Source: an uncultured Bacteroidales bacterium (GTDB lineage: Bacteria; Bacteroidota; Bacteroidia; Bacteroidales; FEN-979). Taken from it: a stretch of 64,000 bases of DNA. The notes under the pieces were generated by a model, which made no database searches, had not been told where the DNA came from, and was given only the letters and a program-made list of their open reading frames with translations. The DNA lies in the NCBI GenBank assembly GCA_903837605.1, contig CAILVF010000043.1, positions 12,016 to 76,015 on the forward strand. Direction: 5' to 3'. Numbering within the stretch: the stretch's first letter is position 1; each line of letters begins with the position of its first letter. Positions 18,123 to 27,762 of the stretch are shown in pieces. The translations under genes were made by a program, and so were the position numbers.

Positions 18123-20747
18123 ATGGCTAAACGATATCTGATACTCTTCCTGCTTCTCTTTCTTCTCGTGCCTGTCTCCAGGGCCCAGATCACTATCGGC
18201 CAGCAGACCGGAGTGGATTACTCCAACCCGAAAGAATATGTTATCGGCGGTATCACCGTCAGTGGAGTGAAATACCTTGATGGAAATGTCCTGATCATGC
18301 TTTCGGGACTGACTGTGGGCGAAAAGATCAAGATTCCAAGCGACAGGATTACTGCGGCTATTAGGAAACTCTGGGACCAGGGGCTGTTTGAGGATATCAG
18401 GATAACAACCACGAAGATTGTAGATAACCAGGTTTTTCTTGATATCTGGATGAAGGAAAGGGCAAGGCTTTCAAAATTCCAGTTCAACGGCATAAAAAAG
18501 TCCGATGCCGATGAGATCCGTGAGAAGATAAGGCTGGTAAAAGGTGAATATGTTACCGACAACATGATCCTCAAGACCAAGAATATCATTCGGAAATATT
18601 ATACCGACAAGGGTTTTCTTAACGTCCAGATCAATATCCAGCAGAAGAAAGACACTTCGGCTGCCAATGATGTGGTCCTGTTCATCAATATTAACAAAGA
18701 GGAGAGGGTCAAGATATACCAGATCAATATCCATGGGAATAGCCAGATCAGCCGTGAAATGGTGATGGCCTCAATGAAGAAGACCAAGGAGAAAAGCGTT
18801 TTCAACCCTATGAACGGTGCAAGTGAAATGATTGTGGATGCAGGCCTTCACGCAGCAACACTCGATTTTCCGGAGATCGTTAACGATGTGGAGAAGCAGG
18901 GTACAGAAAATGTGAGGCTCAGGATATTTAAATCCTCAAAGTTCATCCCGGAAGATTACGAGGAAGACAAGCAAAATTTCCTTAAAAAGTACAATTCCCT
19001 GGGGTTTCGTGACGCGAGGATCATCAGGGATTCCATTTCCAAATTCGATGAAAGCAGTATCAATATTGATATATGGGTGGAGGAAGGTCCGAAGTATTAT
19101 ATTCACAGCATAGGCTGGGTGGGCAATACCAAGTATAACGCTGATGTGCTTAACCGTTTCCTTAAACTAAAAAAAGGTGACGTTTACGACCAGGAGGCGC
19201 TGGAGACAGCCTTATCCTATAATCCAAACGGAGCTGATATCCGTTCTTTATATATGGATGACGGATACCTGTTTTTTGACGTAGTGCCTGTGGAAGTGAA
19301 GGTGGAGAATGATTCCATAGACCTTGAGATCCGAATGCATGAAGGTCCGCAGGCAACCATAAACAAAGTCTCGATAAGGGGTAATACAAAAACCAATGAC
19401 CATGTTGCCCTCCGTGAAGTTCAGACCAGGCCGGGACAGCTTTTCAGCCGTGACAACCTGATACGCTCCCAGCGGCAGCTGGCACAGCTGAAATACTTTG
19501 ATGCCGAGAAGCTTTCGCCTAATGTGAACCCAAAGCCTGAGCTGGGGCAGGTCGATATCGAATACGGTGTTGAAGAAACTTCTGCCGACCAGGTGGAGCT
19601 TTCTGGCGGCTGGGGATATGGCAGGATCATCGGTACACTTGGATTGTCATTCAACAATTTTTCTTTAAGGAACATACTCAACTTTAAAGCCTGGAGGCCT
19701 ATCCCTGCCGGGGACGGGCAGAAGCTAAGCGTGAGGTTCCAAACATACGGGAAAGGGTATTACAGTTATTCGTTCTCCTTTACGGAACCCTGGGTAGGCG
19801 GGAAGAAACCTCTTGCCCTCAGCCTTTCATATGTGCATTCACGTTATACCAACGGCCTTGCCAATGACGATCCCCTGTTTGGGTTTTTCAAGATCGACGG
19901 AGTGTCCATCGGCCTCGGTTCACAGTTGAAATGGCCCGACAACTACTTCACTCTTTACCATTCTCTCAATTATAATAAGTATACAACCCAGAATTATTCC
20001 TCTATCTTCTCTTTCGGAGGTGGTAACGGTACTTACAATGCCCTCAGCTATTCCATTGTCCTTTCCCGGAATTGTGTGGATGCCCCGATCTTTGCGAGGA
20101 GCGGTTCGGAGTTTTCAATCACTGGTGAAGTCACCCCGCCCTATTCGCTCTTTAACGGGAATGTCAACTACAGTACCATGTCGGTTAATGAAAAGTACAA
20201 ATGGGTGGAATTCTGGAAATTCAAATTCAAAGGAGCCTGGTATATCAATCTTATCCAGAAACTTGTACTGACTCCCAGGGTGCAGTTTGGGATATTGGGA
20301 GCATATAATTATGACCTGGGGATCACCCCATTCCAGCGTTTCTACCTTGGTGGAGACGGACTTACCGGTTATAATAATATGGACGGACGTGAACTCATCG
20401 GGATGAGAGGCTACGTTAACAACTCACTCACACCGGGGTATCCCAATACTATTCTTGGCGGGGTCTGTTATACCAAATACACCCTTGAGCTGAGGTATCC
20501 CATTTCTTTGAATCCTTCCGCCACAATTTACGGGCTTACATTCCTGGAGGCAGGCAATGACTGGGGCTCCTGGAAGGAGTTCAACCCCTTCAATGTCTAC
20601 CGATCGGTAGGAGTGGGGATAAGGGTTTTCCTGCCTATGTTCGGGCTGTTAGGGCTTGACTGGGGTTACGGCCTTGATCCGGTTCCGAATGCACCGGGAG
20701 CCAACGGCAGCCAGTTCCATTTCTCTATCAATTCGTCACTTGATTAG
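18123..20747 (+). CDS. bamA: Outer-membrane protein assembly factor BamA
   Basis: Start trimmed to ATG 18123 (MAKRYLILFLLLFLLVPVSRAQ signal peptide). POTRA repeats are followed by an Omp85 barrel (RFYLGGDGLTGY..., GIRVFLPMFGLLGLDWGYG). Confidence 0.85.
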   Translation: MAKRYLILFLLLFLLVPVSRAQITIGQQTGVDYSNPKEYVIGGITVSGVKYLDGNVLIMLSGLTVGEKIKIPSDRITAAIRKLWDQGLFEDIRITTTKIVDNQVFLDIWMKERARLSKFQFNGIKKSDADEIREKIRLVKGEYVTDNMILKTKNIIRKYYTDKGFLNVQINIQQKKDTSAANDVVLFININKEERVKIYQINIHGNSQISREMVMASMKKTKEKSVFNPMNGASEMIVDAGLHAATLDFPEIVNDVEKQGTENVRLRIFKSSKFIPEDYEEDKQNFLKKYNSLGFRDARIIRDSISKFDESSINIDIWVEEGPKYYIHSIGWVGNTKYNADVLNRFLKLKKGDVYDQEALETALSYNPNGADIRSLYMDDGYLFFDVVPVEVKVENDSIDLEIRMHEGPQATINKVSIRGNTKTNDHVALREVQTRPGQLFSRDNLIRSQRQLAQLKYFDAEKLSPNVNPKPELGQVDIEYGVEETSADQVELSGGWGYGRIIGTLGLSFNNFSLRNILNFKAWRPIPAGDGQKLSVRFQTYGKGYYSYSFSFTEPWVGGKKPLALSLSYVHSRYTNGLANDDPLFGFFKIDGVSIGLGSQLKWPDNYFTLYHSLNYNKYTTQNYSSIFSFGGGNGTYNALSYSIVLSRNCVDAPIFARSGSEFSITGEVTPPYSLFNGNVNYSTMSVNEKYKWVEFWKFKFKGAWYINLIQKLVLTPRVQFGILGAYNYDLGITPFQRFYLGGDGLTGYNNMDGRELIGMRGYVNNSLTPGYPNTILGGVCYTKYTLELRYPISLNPSATIYGLTFLEAGNDWGSWKEFNPFNVYRSVGVGIRVFLPMFGLLGLDWGYGLDPVPNAPGANGSQFHFSINSSLD

Positions 20748-20760
20748 CGTCAAAGATAGC

Positions 20761-20856
20761 TGGAGAACTGGAGAACTGGAGAACTGGATAACTGGATAAC
20801 TGGATAACTGGAGAACTGGAGAACTGGATAACTGGATAACTGGATAGCTGGATTAG
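20761..20856. repeat. Octamer tandem array, 12 units (TGGAGAAC / TGGATAAC)
   Basis: Unit order is E E E A A A E E A A A' A'' (E=TGGAGAAC, A=TGGATAAC, then TGGATAGC and TGGATTAG). Preceded by AAGATAGC and followed by AAGA. Confidence 0.95.
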
Positions 20857-20897
20857 AAGAGATTAATAAATTTTGCAACAAAGTAAACATCAAGGTT

Positions 20898-21539
20898 ATG
20901 AAAAAGTTAGCATTAATTATCGTTGCGTTTTTCCTTCTGGCATCGCTCGGCCAGGCTCAGAAATTCGCATATGTCGACAGCCAGTACATCCTGGATAACA
21001 TCCCCGAATTTGCCGAGGCACAAGCGCAGCTTGACGAATTAAGCAACCAGTACCAGAAAGAAATTGATGCGAAATTTGCCGAGGTCGACAAAATGTACAA
21101 GGAATTTCAGGCCCAGGCTGTCCTCCTTCCTGAAGACATGAAAAAGAAAAAGGAGCAGGAAATTGTGGATGCCGAGAAAGAAGCAAAGAACCTTCAGAGA
21201 ACAAAATTCGGGAAAGACGGAGATCTGTTCAAAAAGAGGCAGGAATTCGTCAAGCCTATACAGGAGAAAATATACAATGCCATTCAGGATATAGCCACAA
21301 GCAGCAATTATGCTGTAATCTTTGATAAAGGCGGCAGTCTTTCGATATTGTTCGCGAACCCCAAATATGATATCAGTGATGAGGTCCTTGACAAATTGGG
21401 AGCCAGTTTATCGGGCCGCAAGGGCAAAGCCGCAAAACCCGGCGATACCGGCGGGGCTAAGTCCGGCGATACCGGCGGTGCCAAACCCGGGGACAACAGT
21501 GGCGGGGGCGGACAGGAACCAAAGCCAGTGAAAAAATAA
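20898..21539 (+). CDS. OmpH/Skp-family periplasmic chaperone with low-complexity G/K/P tail
   Basis: Signal peptide, FAYVDSQYIL start and coiled-coil body. The tail is ...KPGDTGGAKSGDTGGAKPGDNSGGGGQEPKPVKK. Confidence 0.8.
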   Translation: MKKLALIIVAFFLLASLGQAQKFAYVDSQYILDNIPEFAEAQAQLDELSNQYQKEIDAKFAEVDKMYKEFQAQAVLLPEDMKKKKEQEIVDAEKEAKNLQRTKFGKDGDLFKKRQEFVKPIQEKIYNAIQDIATSSNYAVIFDKGGSLSILFANPKYDISDEVLDKLGASLSGRKGKAAKPGDTGGAKSGDTGGAKPGDNSGGGGQEPKPVKK

Positions 21540-21576
21540 GGCTCTACCTGATTGTTTGGCATTCAGGAATTTTTAA

Positions 21577-21584
21577 TAATTTTG
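21577..21584 (+). promoter_or_regulatory. -7 box (TAATTTTG) for the second ompH
   Basis: TAnnTTTG match 39 nt upstream of ATG 21623. Confidence 0.45.
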
Positions 21585-21622
21585 CAAACCCAATAAAAGT
21601 ATAAACCATTTAATAGCACAAA

Positions 21623-22144
21623 ATGAAAAATTTAGTAAAGATTTTAGCTGTTGTTGCAATTATTTTCTGTATGTCGGCAATAGCCCAGGCACAGAATCCT
21701 ATAAAAATAGGCCATATTGAATTCAACACACTCCTTCAGGCCATGCCTGGCATTGATTCCGTAAAGATTAAACTCCAGGTATACCAGAAGACCCTTACAG
21801 ACCAGATGGATGCCATGAAATCGGAATTTGAGAACAAATACATGGATTACCAGTCACAGAGTGCAACCATGTCGGATCTGATCAAACAGACAAAGGAGAA
21901 GGAACTCCAGGACCTTCAGGCCCGTATCGATGCTTTCCAGCAGAAAGCACAAACAGATATGCAAACCAAACAGCAGGAACTTGTTCAGCCTTTTATTGAC
22001 AAGGCAAAAGCTGCTGTTAAAGAAGTTGCCAAAGAAAACAAGTACACCTATGTCCTTAATTCCATCGAAGATGTGGTGCTGTACAGCGAACCCGGCGACG
22101 ATGTCATGCCCCTGGTTAAGAAGAAACTTGGAATCACCAATTAA
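21623..22144 (+). CDS. OmpH/Skp-family periplasmic chaperone
   Basis: Signal peptide, IGHIEFNTLLQAMP and coiled-coil region. It is the conserved tandem partner downstream of bamA. Confidence 0.8.
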   Translation: MKNLVKILAVVAIIFCMSAIAQAQNPIKIGHIEFNTLLQAMPGIDSVKIKLQVYQKTLTDQMDAMKSEFENKYMDYQSQSATMSDLIKQTKEKELQDLQARIDAFQQKAQTDMQTKQQELVQPFIDKAKAAVKEVAKENKYTYVLNSIEDVVLYSEPGDDVMPLVKKKLGITN

Positions 22145-22162
22145 TGAGCCATGAGCCATGAG
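22145..22162. repeat. Short heptamer array (TGAGCCA x2.5)
   Basis: Starts immediately after the TAA stop at 22142-22144. The unit is the same as in the 57887-57998 array. Confidence 0.8.
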
Positions 22163-22170
22163 TAAAATTT

Positions 22171-22197
22171 AAACCGGTTCGAAAGGCCGGTTTTTTT
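22171..22197 (+). terminator. Rho-independent terminator between convergent genes
   Basis: Stem AAACCGG/CCGGTTT (22171-22177 / 22087+100 i.e. 22187-22193), 9-nt loop, then a T7 run to 22197. Confidence 0.6.
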
Positions 22198-22729
22198 ATT
22201 TCCATGAAGACGGGTCATCCCCGTACCAGGAAGCATACCGGTTGTAATTCCCGGAGATCCTGTTCACCTGTCCTTCAAGAAGTTCCCTGTCAATATCCTT
22301 CACTTTTCTTGCCGGGACACCGGCCCATACCGAGCCCGATTCCACCACGGTCCCTTCGGTGATAAGGGCCCCGGCTCCAACAATTGAGTTCGATTTGATA
22401 ACAGCCCCGTCCATTATAATGGCGCCCATTCCTATCAGGACATTATCCTGAATGGTGCAGCCATGGATAATGGCATTGTGTGCGATAGAAACATTATTGC
22501 CGATATCAACAGGCCATTTCTGGTATGTGCAGTGGATTACAGCACCGTCCTGGATGTTGACATTGTTCCCTATATGTATATAATGAACATCACCTCGTAT
22601 TACAGCATTGAACCAAACACTGCAGTCATTGCCCATAACTACATCCCCTGTAATAGTTGCATTATCGGCCATAAAACAGTTTGAGCCGAATTCAGGGATA
22701 ACTCCTTTAACAGCTTTTATAAGAGCCAT
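22196..22729 (-). CDS. Gamma-carbonic-anhydrase-family left-handed beta-helix protein
   Basis: Hexapeptide repeats with GDVVMGNDCSVWFNAVIRGDVHYIHIGNNVNIQDGAVIH, typical of YrdA/PaaY-like gamma-CA proteins. Confidence 0.8.
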   Translation of the reverse strand: MALIKAVKGVIPEFGSNCFMADNATITGDVVMGNDCSVWFNAVIRGDVHYIHIGNNVNIQDGAVIHCTYQKWPVDIGNNVSIAHNAIIHGCTIQDNVLIGMGAIIMDGAVIKSNSIVGAGALITEGTVVESGSVWAGVPARKVKDIDRELLEGQVNRISGNYNRYASWYGDDPSSWK

Positions 22730-22771
22730 AAACAGCCTGGATTATTGTTTAAAATACTGAAAGCCTCAGCC

Positions 22772-24346
22772 TTACTTCTTTTTCGAAACACTGGGATAAT
22801 CAAGAGAATAATGTAATCCCCTGCTTTCATGCCTTGCCCTTGCAGCTTTTATAATAAGGTAACCTATATTGATCAGGTTGCGCACTTCACAAATCTTCAT
22901 CGTAAGTATTGACCTGTCATACAGTTCTTCCGTTTCCCTGTATAAAATTTCCAGACGGTCCTGTGCACGTTTCAGGCGGAGATTTGACCTGACGATACCC
23001 ACATAATTGCTCATGATGCTTTGCACTTCTTTAAGTGTTTGCGTGATCAGCACCATTTCCTCGTTAAGCACGGTACCCTCGGCATTCCAGTCGGGGACAT
23101 CGTTACGTACCTGGATGGACTTTATTTTGCTGATTGCATCGGAACTTGAACGATGCGAAAATACAAGTGATTCAAGCAGGGAGTTTGATGCAAGCCGGTT
23201 GGCCCCGTGGAGGCCTGTGGAAGCACATTCACCTGAGGCATACAGGTTCTGGATAGTGCTGCGGCCAAATTCGTCGGTGCGTATTCCCCCGCATGTATAA
23301 TGAGCCGCAGGAACAACAGGGATAAGGTCCCTGGTAATGTCTATCCCTATGCTGAGACATTTTGCATAGATGGTTGGAAAGTGATTGATCACTTCGTTTT
23401 TGGGCAGATGGCGGCAATCAAGGCATACATAATCATCCCCGCTGATCTTCATCTCGTTGTCGATTGCCCGGGTTACGATATCCCTTGGGGCCAGGGCGAG
23501 CCTCGAATCGTATTTGTACATGAATTCCTTCCCTTCCCTGGTTACGAGGTGGGCCCCGAAACCCCTTACTGCTTCAGAGATAAGAAAAGCAGGCTTTTCA
23601 TCGGGATTATAAAGGGAAGTCGGGTGGAACTGTATGAATTCCATATTGTCGACAGCCCCCTTGGCCCTGTACACCATGGCAATGCCGTCGCCGGTGGAGA
23701 TCAGCGGGTTAGTGGTATTCGTATAAACGTTGCCTGCGCCTCCGGTTGCGATAAGGGTGATTTTTGACAGTATGGTATCGACCAGCCTGGTGCGGGGATT
23801 GATTACATAAACCCCATAGCAGGTGATATCGGTGGTTTTTTTATTGACTTCAAAGCCGAGATGATGCTGTGTGATAAGATCAACGGTAAAATGATCTTCC
23901 AGGATTTCAATGTTAGGATGACGTTTAACCTGGTCAAGCAGGGTATCCTCTATTTCCCTTCCTGTTTTATCCTTATGATGCATTACCCGGTATTCGGAAT
24001 GCCCACCTTCCTTGGCCAGGTCGAATTTTCCCGATTTTGTCTTGTCAAACTTTGCCCCCCACCTGATCAGTTCCCGGATGCGGTCGGTTGATTCGGTGAT
24101 AGTAAGCCTCACGATATGTTCATCACAAAGACCGTCGCCTGCAATGATCGTATCCTGAATGTGCTTCTCAAAAGTATCGGGAGTATGCATCACTGCCGCA
24201 ATTCCACCCTGGGCCCAGCTGGTTGCCGTGTCATCCATTTTGGATTTGGTCACAATACAAACCTTGCCATGCCGGGCAACTTTTAAGGCGAAAGATAAAC
24301 CGGCAATGCCTGAACCGATTACCAGGAAATCAACTTTTCTTTGCAT
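22772..24346 (-). CDS. nadB: L-aspartate oxidase
   Basis: FAD fold DFLVIGSGIAGLSFAL, WAQGGIAA, ASGECASTGLHGANRLASNSLLE, and C-terminal RHESRGLHY. Confidence 0.85.
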   Translation of the reverse strand: MQRKVDFLVIGSGIAGLSFALKVARHGKVCIVTKSKMDDTATSWAQGGIAAVMHTPDTFEKHIQDTIIAGDGLCDEHIVRLTITESTDRIRELIRWGAKFDKTKSGKFDLAKEGGHSEYRVMHHKDKTGREIEDTLLDQVKRHPNIEILEDHFTVDLITQHHLGFEVNKKTTDITCYGVYVINPRTRLVDTILSKITLIATGGAGNVYTNTTNPLISTGDGIAMVYRAKGAVDNMEFIQFHPTSLYNPDEKPAFLISEAVRGFGAHLVTREGKEFMYKYDSRLALAPRDIVTRAIDNEMKISGDDYVCLDCRHLPKNEVINHFPTIYAKCLSIGIDITRDLIPVVPAAHYTCGGIRTDEFGRSTIQNLYASGECASTGLHGANRLASNSLLESLVFSHRSSSDAISKIKSIQVRNDVPDWNAEGTVLNEEMVLITQTLKEVQSIMSNYVGIVRSNLRLKRAQDRLEILYRETEELYDRSILTMKICEVRNLINIGYLIIKAARARHESRGLHYSLDYPSVSKKK

Positions 24347-24359
24347 GATCCATGAGTCT

Positions 24360-25625
24360 TTACAGGTCGAGCAGAAGCGTTACCGGGTCTTCGCCCATAG
24401 TGAGCATTTTGAGCGGGTCTTCAATCAGTTCCTTTACTTTGATGAGAAATCCTACCGAATCCTTACCGTCAATCACGCGGTGGTCGTAAGAAAGCGCAAT
24501 ATACATCATAGGCGCAACCACGACCTGCCTGTCGACTGCAATAGGCCTGTCCATGATCTTATGCATTCCAAGTATTGCACTTTGGGGCGGGTTAAGGATA
24601 GGGGTTGACATCAGGGAACCAAATACACCTCCATTCGTAATGGTGAACGTGCCGCCTTTCATGTCATCTATACTGAGCTTGCCGTCACGGGCTTTTACGG
24701 CATATTCCTTGACTTTGATCTCCAGCTCTGCAAGGCTCAGCGTTTCCGCGTTCCTGATCACCGGGACCACGAGGCCTTTGGGAGCACTCACGGCAATACC
24801 GATATCCACAAACGTCGGGCTGACAAGTTCATCACCGTCAATCATACTGTTCACCATGGGGAAGTCCCTGATTGCGATAGTCACAGCCTTGGCAAACAGA
24901 GACATAAACCCGATCCCAACACCATATTTCTGTTTGAATACTTCGCTGTACCTGTCTTTGAGCTTAAGCGCCGAGCTCATGTTGATCTCGTTGAAAGTCG
25001 TCAGCATGGCAGTCTGGTTCTTAACAGCTACCAGTCTTTCGGCAAGTTTAAGCCTCAGGGTTGTAAGCTTTTTCCTCTCTTCTTTTCTTATGTTGCTGAA
25101 TGCGGATAATGGAGCGTCGGCCTTCCTGTCTTTAATGAATGTTTCAACATCATTGCGGTTAATTTTCTTCCCGGGGTAAGCCATGGCGAGCTCATTTGCC
25201 CTGACCCCCTTTTCTTCAATGATTTTTTTTGCAAGAGGGGAAGCATGCAGTTTCTCCAGGCTTTCTCCAGACCTTGACCCTGACCTTTCCTCTTTGGCTG
25301 ACGGCACAGATGAAGCCTGCCTTTGAGCTGTTTCAGAGCTGGTTGCAGGGGTTGAGGCTTCTGACTTTTTATTTGCCGGCACGGCCCCGGAACCAGGCTC
25401 AATAACAGCAATTACGGAGCCTACTCCAATGGTGTCCCCTTCTGCCGCTTTGAAATGTATTACCCCGTTTTCGGGGGATGATACAGGAAAAGACGCTTTA
25501 TCGGAATCGATTTCAACAACTTCCTGATCTTTTTCAACCTGTTCCCCGTCATTTACAAGCCATTTTGCAAGCTGGACCTGTGTTATAGATTCGCCCGGAC
25601 TGGGGACCCTTATCTCAATAGCCAT
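24360..25625 (-). CDS. sucB: Dihydrolipoyllysine-residue succinyltransferase (E2o)
   Basis: Lipoyl domain [13 protein letters not shown]3-binding [14 protein letters not shown] and catalytic [10 protein letters not shown]. Confidence 0.85.
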   Translation of the reverse strand: MAIEIRVPSPGESITQVQLAKWLVNDGEQVEKDQEVVEIDSDKASFPVSSPENGVIHFKAAEGDTIGVGSVIAVIEPGSGAVPANKKSEASTPATSSETAQRQASSVPSAKEERSGSRSGESLEKLHASPLAKKIIEEKGVRANELAMAYPGKKINRNDVETFIKDRKADAPLSAFSNIRKEERKKLTTLRLKLAERLVAVKNQTAMLTTFNEINMSSALKLKDRYSEVFKQKYGVGIGFMSLFAKAVTIAIRDFPMVNSMIDGDELVSPTFVDIGIAVSAPKGLVVPVIRNAETLSLAELEIKVKEYAVKARDGKLSIDDMKGGTFTITNGGVFGSLMSTPILNPPQSAILGMHKIMDRPIAVDRQVVVAPMMYIALSYDHRVIDGKDSVGFLIKVKELIEDPLKMLTMGEDPVTLLLDL

Positions 25626-25627
25626 AA

Positions 25628-25858
25628 TTATTTCCTTTTCTCCCTTACTTTCTTTAAGGAATCAACGGTTTTCTGGTCCGCTGAATTGTGGATGATCCTC
25701 TGATTAATTTCGGTGGGAGCGGATTTGTTCAAGGTGTCGACCCTGACCTCGCCTGCTTTTTCTGCCTTGCCCGCCACTTGCTGTGAAGTTTTCGGGCTGC
25801 AGAAAAACAGCAGGGGAAGCATGACAAGGATCTTAACCGCCGATAATGAGTTTCTCAT
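25628..25858 (-). CDS. Small putative lipoprotein (76 aa)
   Basis: [22 protein letters not shown] contains a lipobox-like LFFC. The stop is 2 nt before the sucB start. The ORF overlaps the upstream cargo gene by 26 nt. No homology recognised. Confidence 0.4.
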   Translation of the reverse strand: MRNSLSAVKILVMLPLLFFCSPKTSQQVAGKAEKAGEVRVDTLNKSAPTEINQRIIHNSADQKTVDSLKKVREKRK

Positions 25859-27701
25859 TTTTCAACACAGTTTCATTCGACTTCAGGATAATGAAATATA
25901 CACCGGGTTTCAGGTTTGCCTTATTAAAAGTAAGTATGTTCTTACCCGAATATCCTTTGCCTTCATATAGTTTTTTAACGAGTTTACCACTGTTGTCAAT
26001 GATATCTATCGTAAGAGGCGAAGCTTCCTCAAGCGTGAAATCCAGCGAGAAGATATCGACCACGGGGTTAGGGTAAACACTTAAGGTAGTTGCCTGGTGT
26101 CCAGTGGTTTCAATTCCGTTTGAATTATCGAACACTTCGGCAATCCAGGTATCCCATTGGTTGTCGCTTCCGCCGTAGGCCCCGCTCATCCAGCAGGTTG
26201 GCCTTGCCGCATTGTATTTCCGGTAGATCCCTGAATAATCACCCCATCGTTCGGGGTCGCCGGTATAATATACATAATTGTCGCCTGACCTTACTTCAAC
26301 CGAACCCGACCAGGCCATTGTGTTGTCGCATTCCACAACCCTTATCGAGGGGTAAGAAGTCGTGGTAGACTTCTGAAATCCTATAAGGACAGCCTGGTCG
26401 TTGTTGTTCACCCCGCTGGAGGCCACTGAAGGGTAGGAGTAATCGGCCCCGTCGAGCCCGAAAACAATCGAAGTATTCTGTCCTGCAGTCAGGTCAAACC
26501 TGTTGTAATTGATACCGCAATAATTGTTTGTGTAAACGGAATTGAATACGAAATGAGCAACCTTGTTGAGGTAAAAACCACTGAGTGTGCGCGCATCATT
26601 TGTGTTCAGCTTTACCGCTGTGCCTGGCTGGAGGGCATCGGGGGCAACCTGGTAAGCATTCGTGCTAATAGAATAGTATTTTAATTGTGCCAGGCCGGTC
26701 GAAAGATCATCGGTCAGATCATAGAAGCTGAATTTATTGTCATCGGAGGATGAAGTGGCTACCAGGTAACACCCGGGGCCGTAGCTCCCCTGCTGTCCGA
26801 AGGAAAGAGGGCATAAAGTGAACGGGCTGCCTTCGATACCGTGCCATACTGTGAAGTTAATGGTACCTCCGCCGAAAGCCGGCCCTTTGGTGATCTGGTA
26901 AAGTACGGCCTGGTTGAACTTGCCGTCGGAATCACGGAAGAGGTTCCCGGTTATGTACAACTCATTATTGGAGTAAGCCAGTTTCGGGTAATCGAAAGCA
27001 CTTGCGTCGCCCAGGGGGTTGCCCGAGAGTTTGTAATAATACCATCCGTCGGTTGGATTATTCGACTTGGAGAAAAACACAAGCAATTTTGATTTTGCTG
27101 AGTTCAGAGGTGAAACCTGGCAGAAAAATACAAAGCGGTCAACTGTGCCGTCATAGATCACCACAGGGTCACAAACCCCGGTAATCTCGCTATCCCCGAT
27201 GAAAGAGATCAGGTCATTGTAATACAGGTTGGATCCTGAGGTATTGGTATAGAACATGGTGGTATTCGATACGCTTACAATCCTGCCGTCGTTGGACACG
27301 GCAATGGTATTGTCAAGGGGAGAGCTTCCATTACAGTGGTTGCCGCCGAAATTTGTACCAATCTCGGGGGTAGCCCCGTTGCCAGAGTTCTCAGAAGCTG
27401 CTGATTTAAGCCCGGGGTTGGCAAGTTTCATCCGGAGGCGTTCAGCTTTCAGCCTTTCAACCTCTTCGTTCTTCTCGGAGGAATGTCTTATTGGCGCCGG
27501 GTTTACGATTGCACGCCATTGCAGGTCGGCAGACGGGTTGTTTACAAAACCCATGCATGGAACGGAGAGATGAAGCGCTTTTGACCTGGCAGTCGGATGA
27601 TACATTCTGTCAAGTACCGACATGTCGGCTTTAGACTGCTGTGCAAGGGCTAAACCGGCCGGCAGCAGGCAGATCAATAAAAACAGGTACAATTTTTTCA
27701 T
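25833..27701 (-). CDS. T9SS cargo protein of unknown function (622 aa)
   Basis: Start trimmed to Met71 (cat at 27699-27701): MKKLYLFLLICLLPAGLALAQQ. The C-terminus LSVYPNPVVDIFSLDF...[23 protein letters not shown] is a T9SS CTD. Confidence 0.7.
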   Translation of the reverse strand: MKKLYLFLLICLLPAGLALAQQSKADMSVLDRMYHPTARSKALHLSVPCMGFVNNPSADLQWRAIVNPAPIRHSSEKNEEVERLKAERLRMKLANPGLKSAASENSGNGATPEIGTNFGGNHCNGSSPLDNTIAVSNDGRIVSVSNTTMFYTNTSGSNLYYNDLISFIGDSEITGVCDPVVIYDGTVDRFVFFCQVSPLNSAKSKLLVFFSKSNNPTDGWYYYKLSGNPLGDASAFDYPKLAYSNNELYITGNLFRDSDGKFNQAVLYQITKGPAFGGGTINFTVWHGIEGSPFTLCPLSFGQQGSYGPGCYLVATSSSDDNKFSFYDLTDDLSTGLAQLKYYSISTNAYQVAPDALQPGTAVKLNTNDARTLSGFYLNKVAHFVFNSVYTNNYCGINYNRFDLTAGQNTSIVFGLDGADYSYPSVASSGVNNNDQAVLIGFQKSTTTSYPSIRVVECDNTMAWSGSVEVRSGDNYVYYTGDPERWGDYSGIYRKYNAARPTCWMSGAYGGSDNQWDTWIAEVFDNSNGIETTGHQATTLSVYPNPVVDIFSLDFTLEEASPLTIDIIDNSGKLVKKLYEGKGYSGKNILTFNKANLKPGVYFIILKSNETVLKNEKLIIGG

Positions 27702-27748
27702 GGTCTTGTGTTTTGGAAATGCTAAGGTACTAAATATTGTTCCTGTTT

Positions 27749-27756
27749 CAAAATTC
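27749..27756 (-). promoter_or_regulatory. Near-consensus -7 box (GAATTTTG) upstream of the cargo gene
   Basis: One mismatch to TAnnTTTG. Lies 48 nt upstream of ATG 27701, between the sucA stop and the cargo start. Confidence 0.3.
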
Positions 27757-27762
27757 GAGGTG

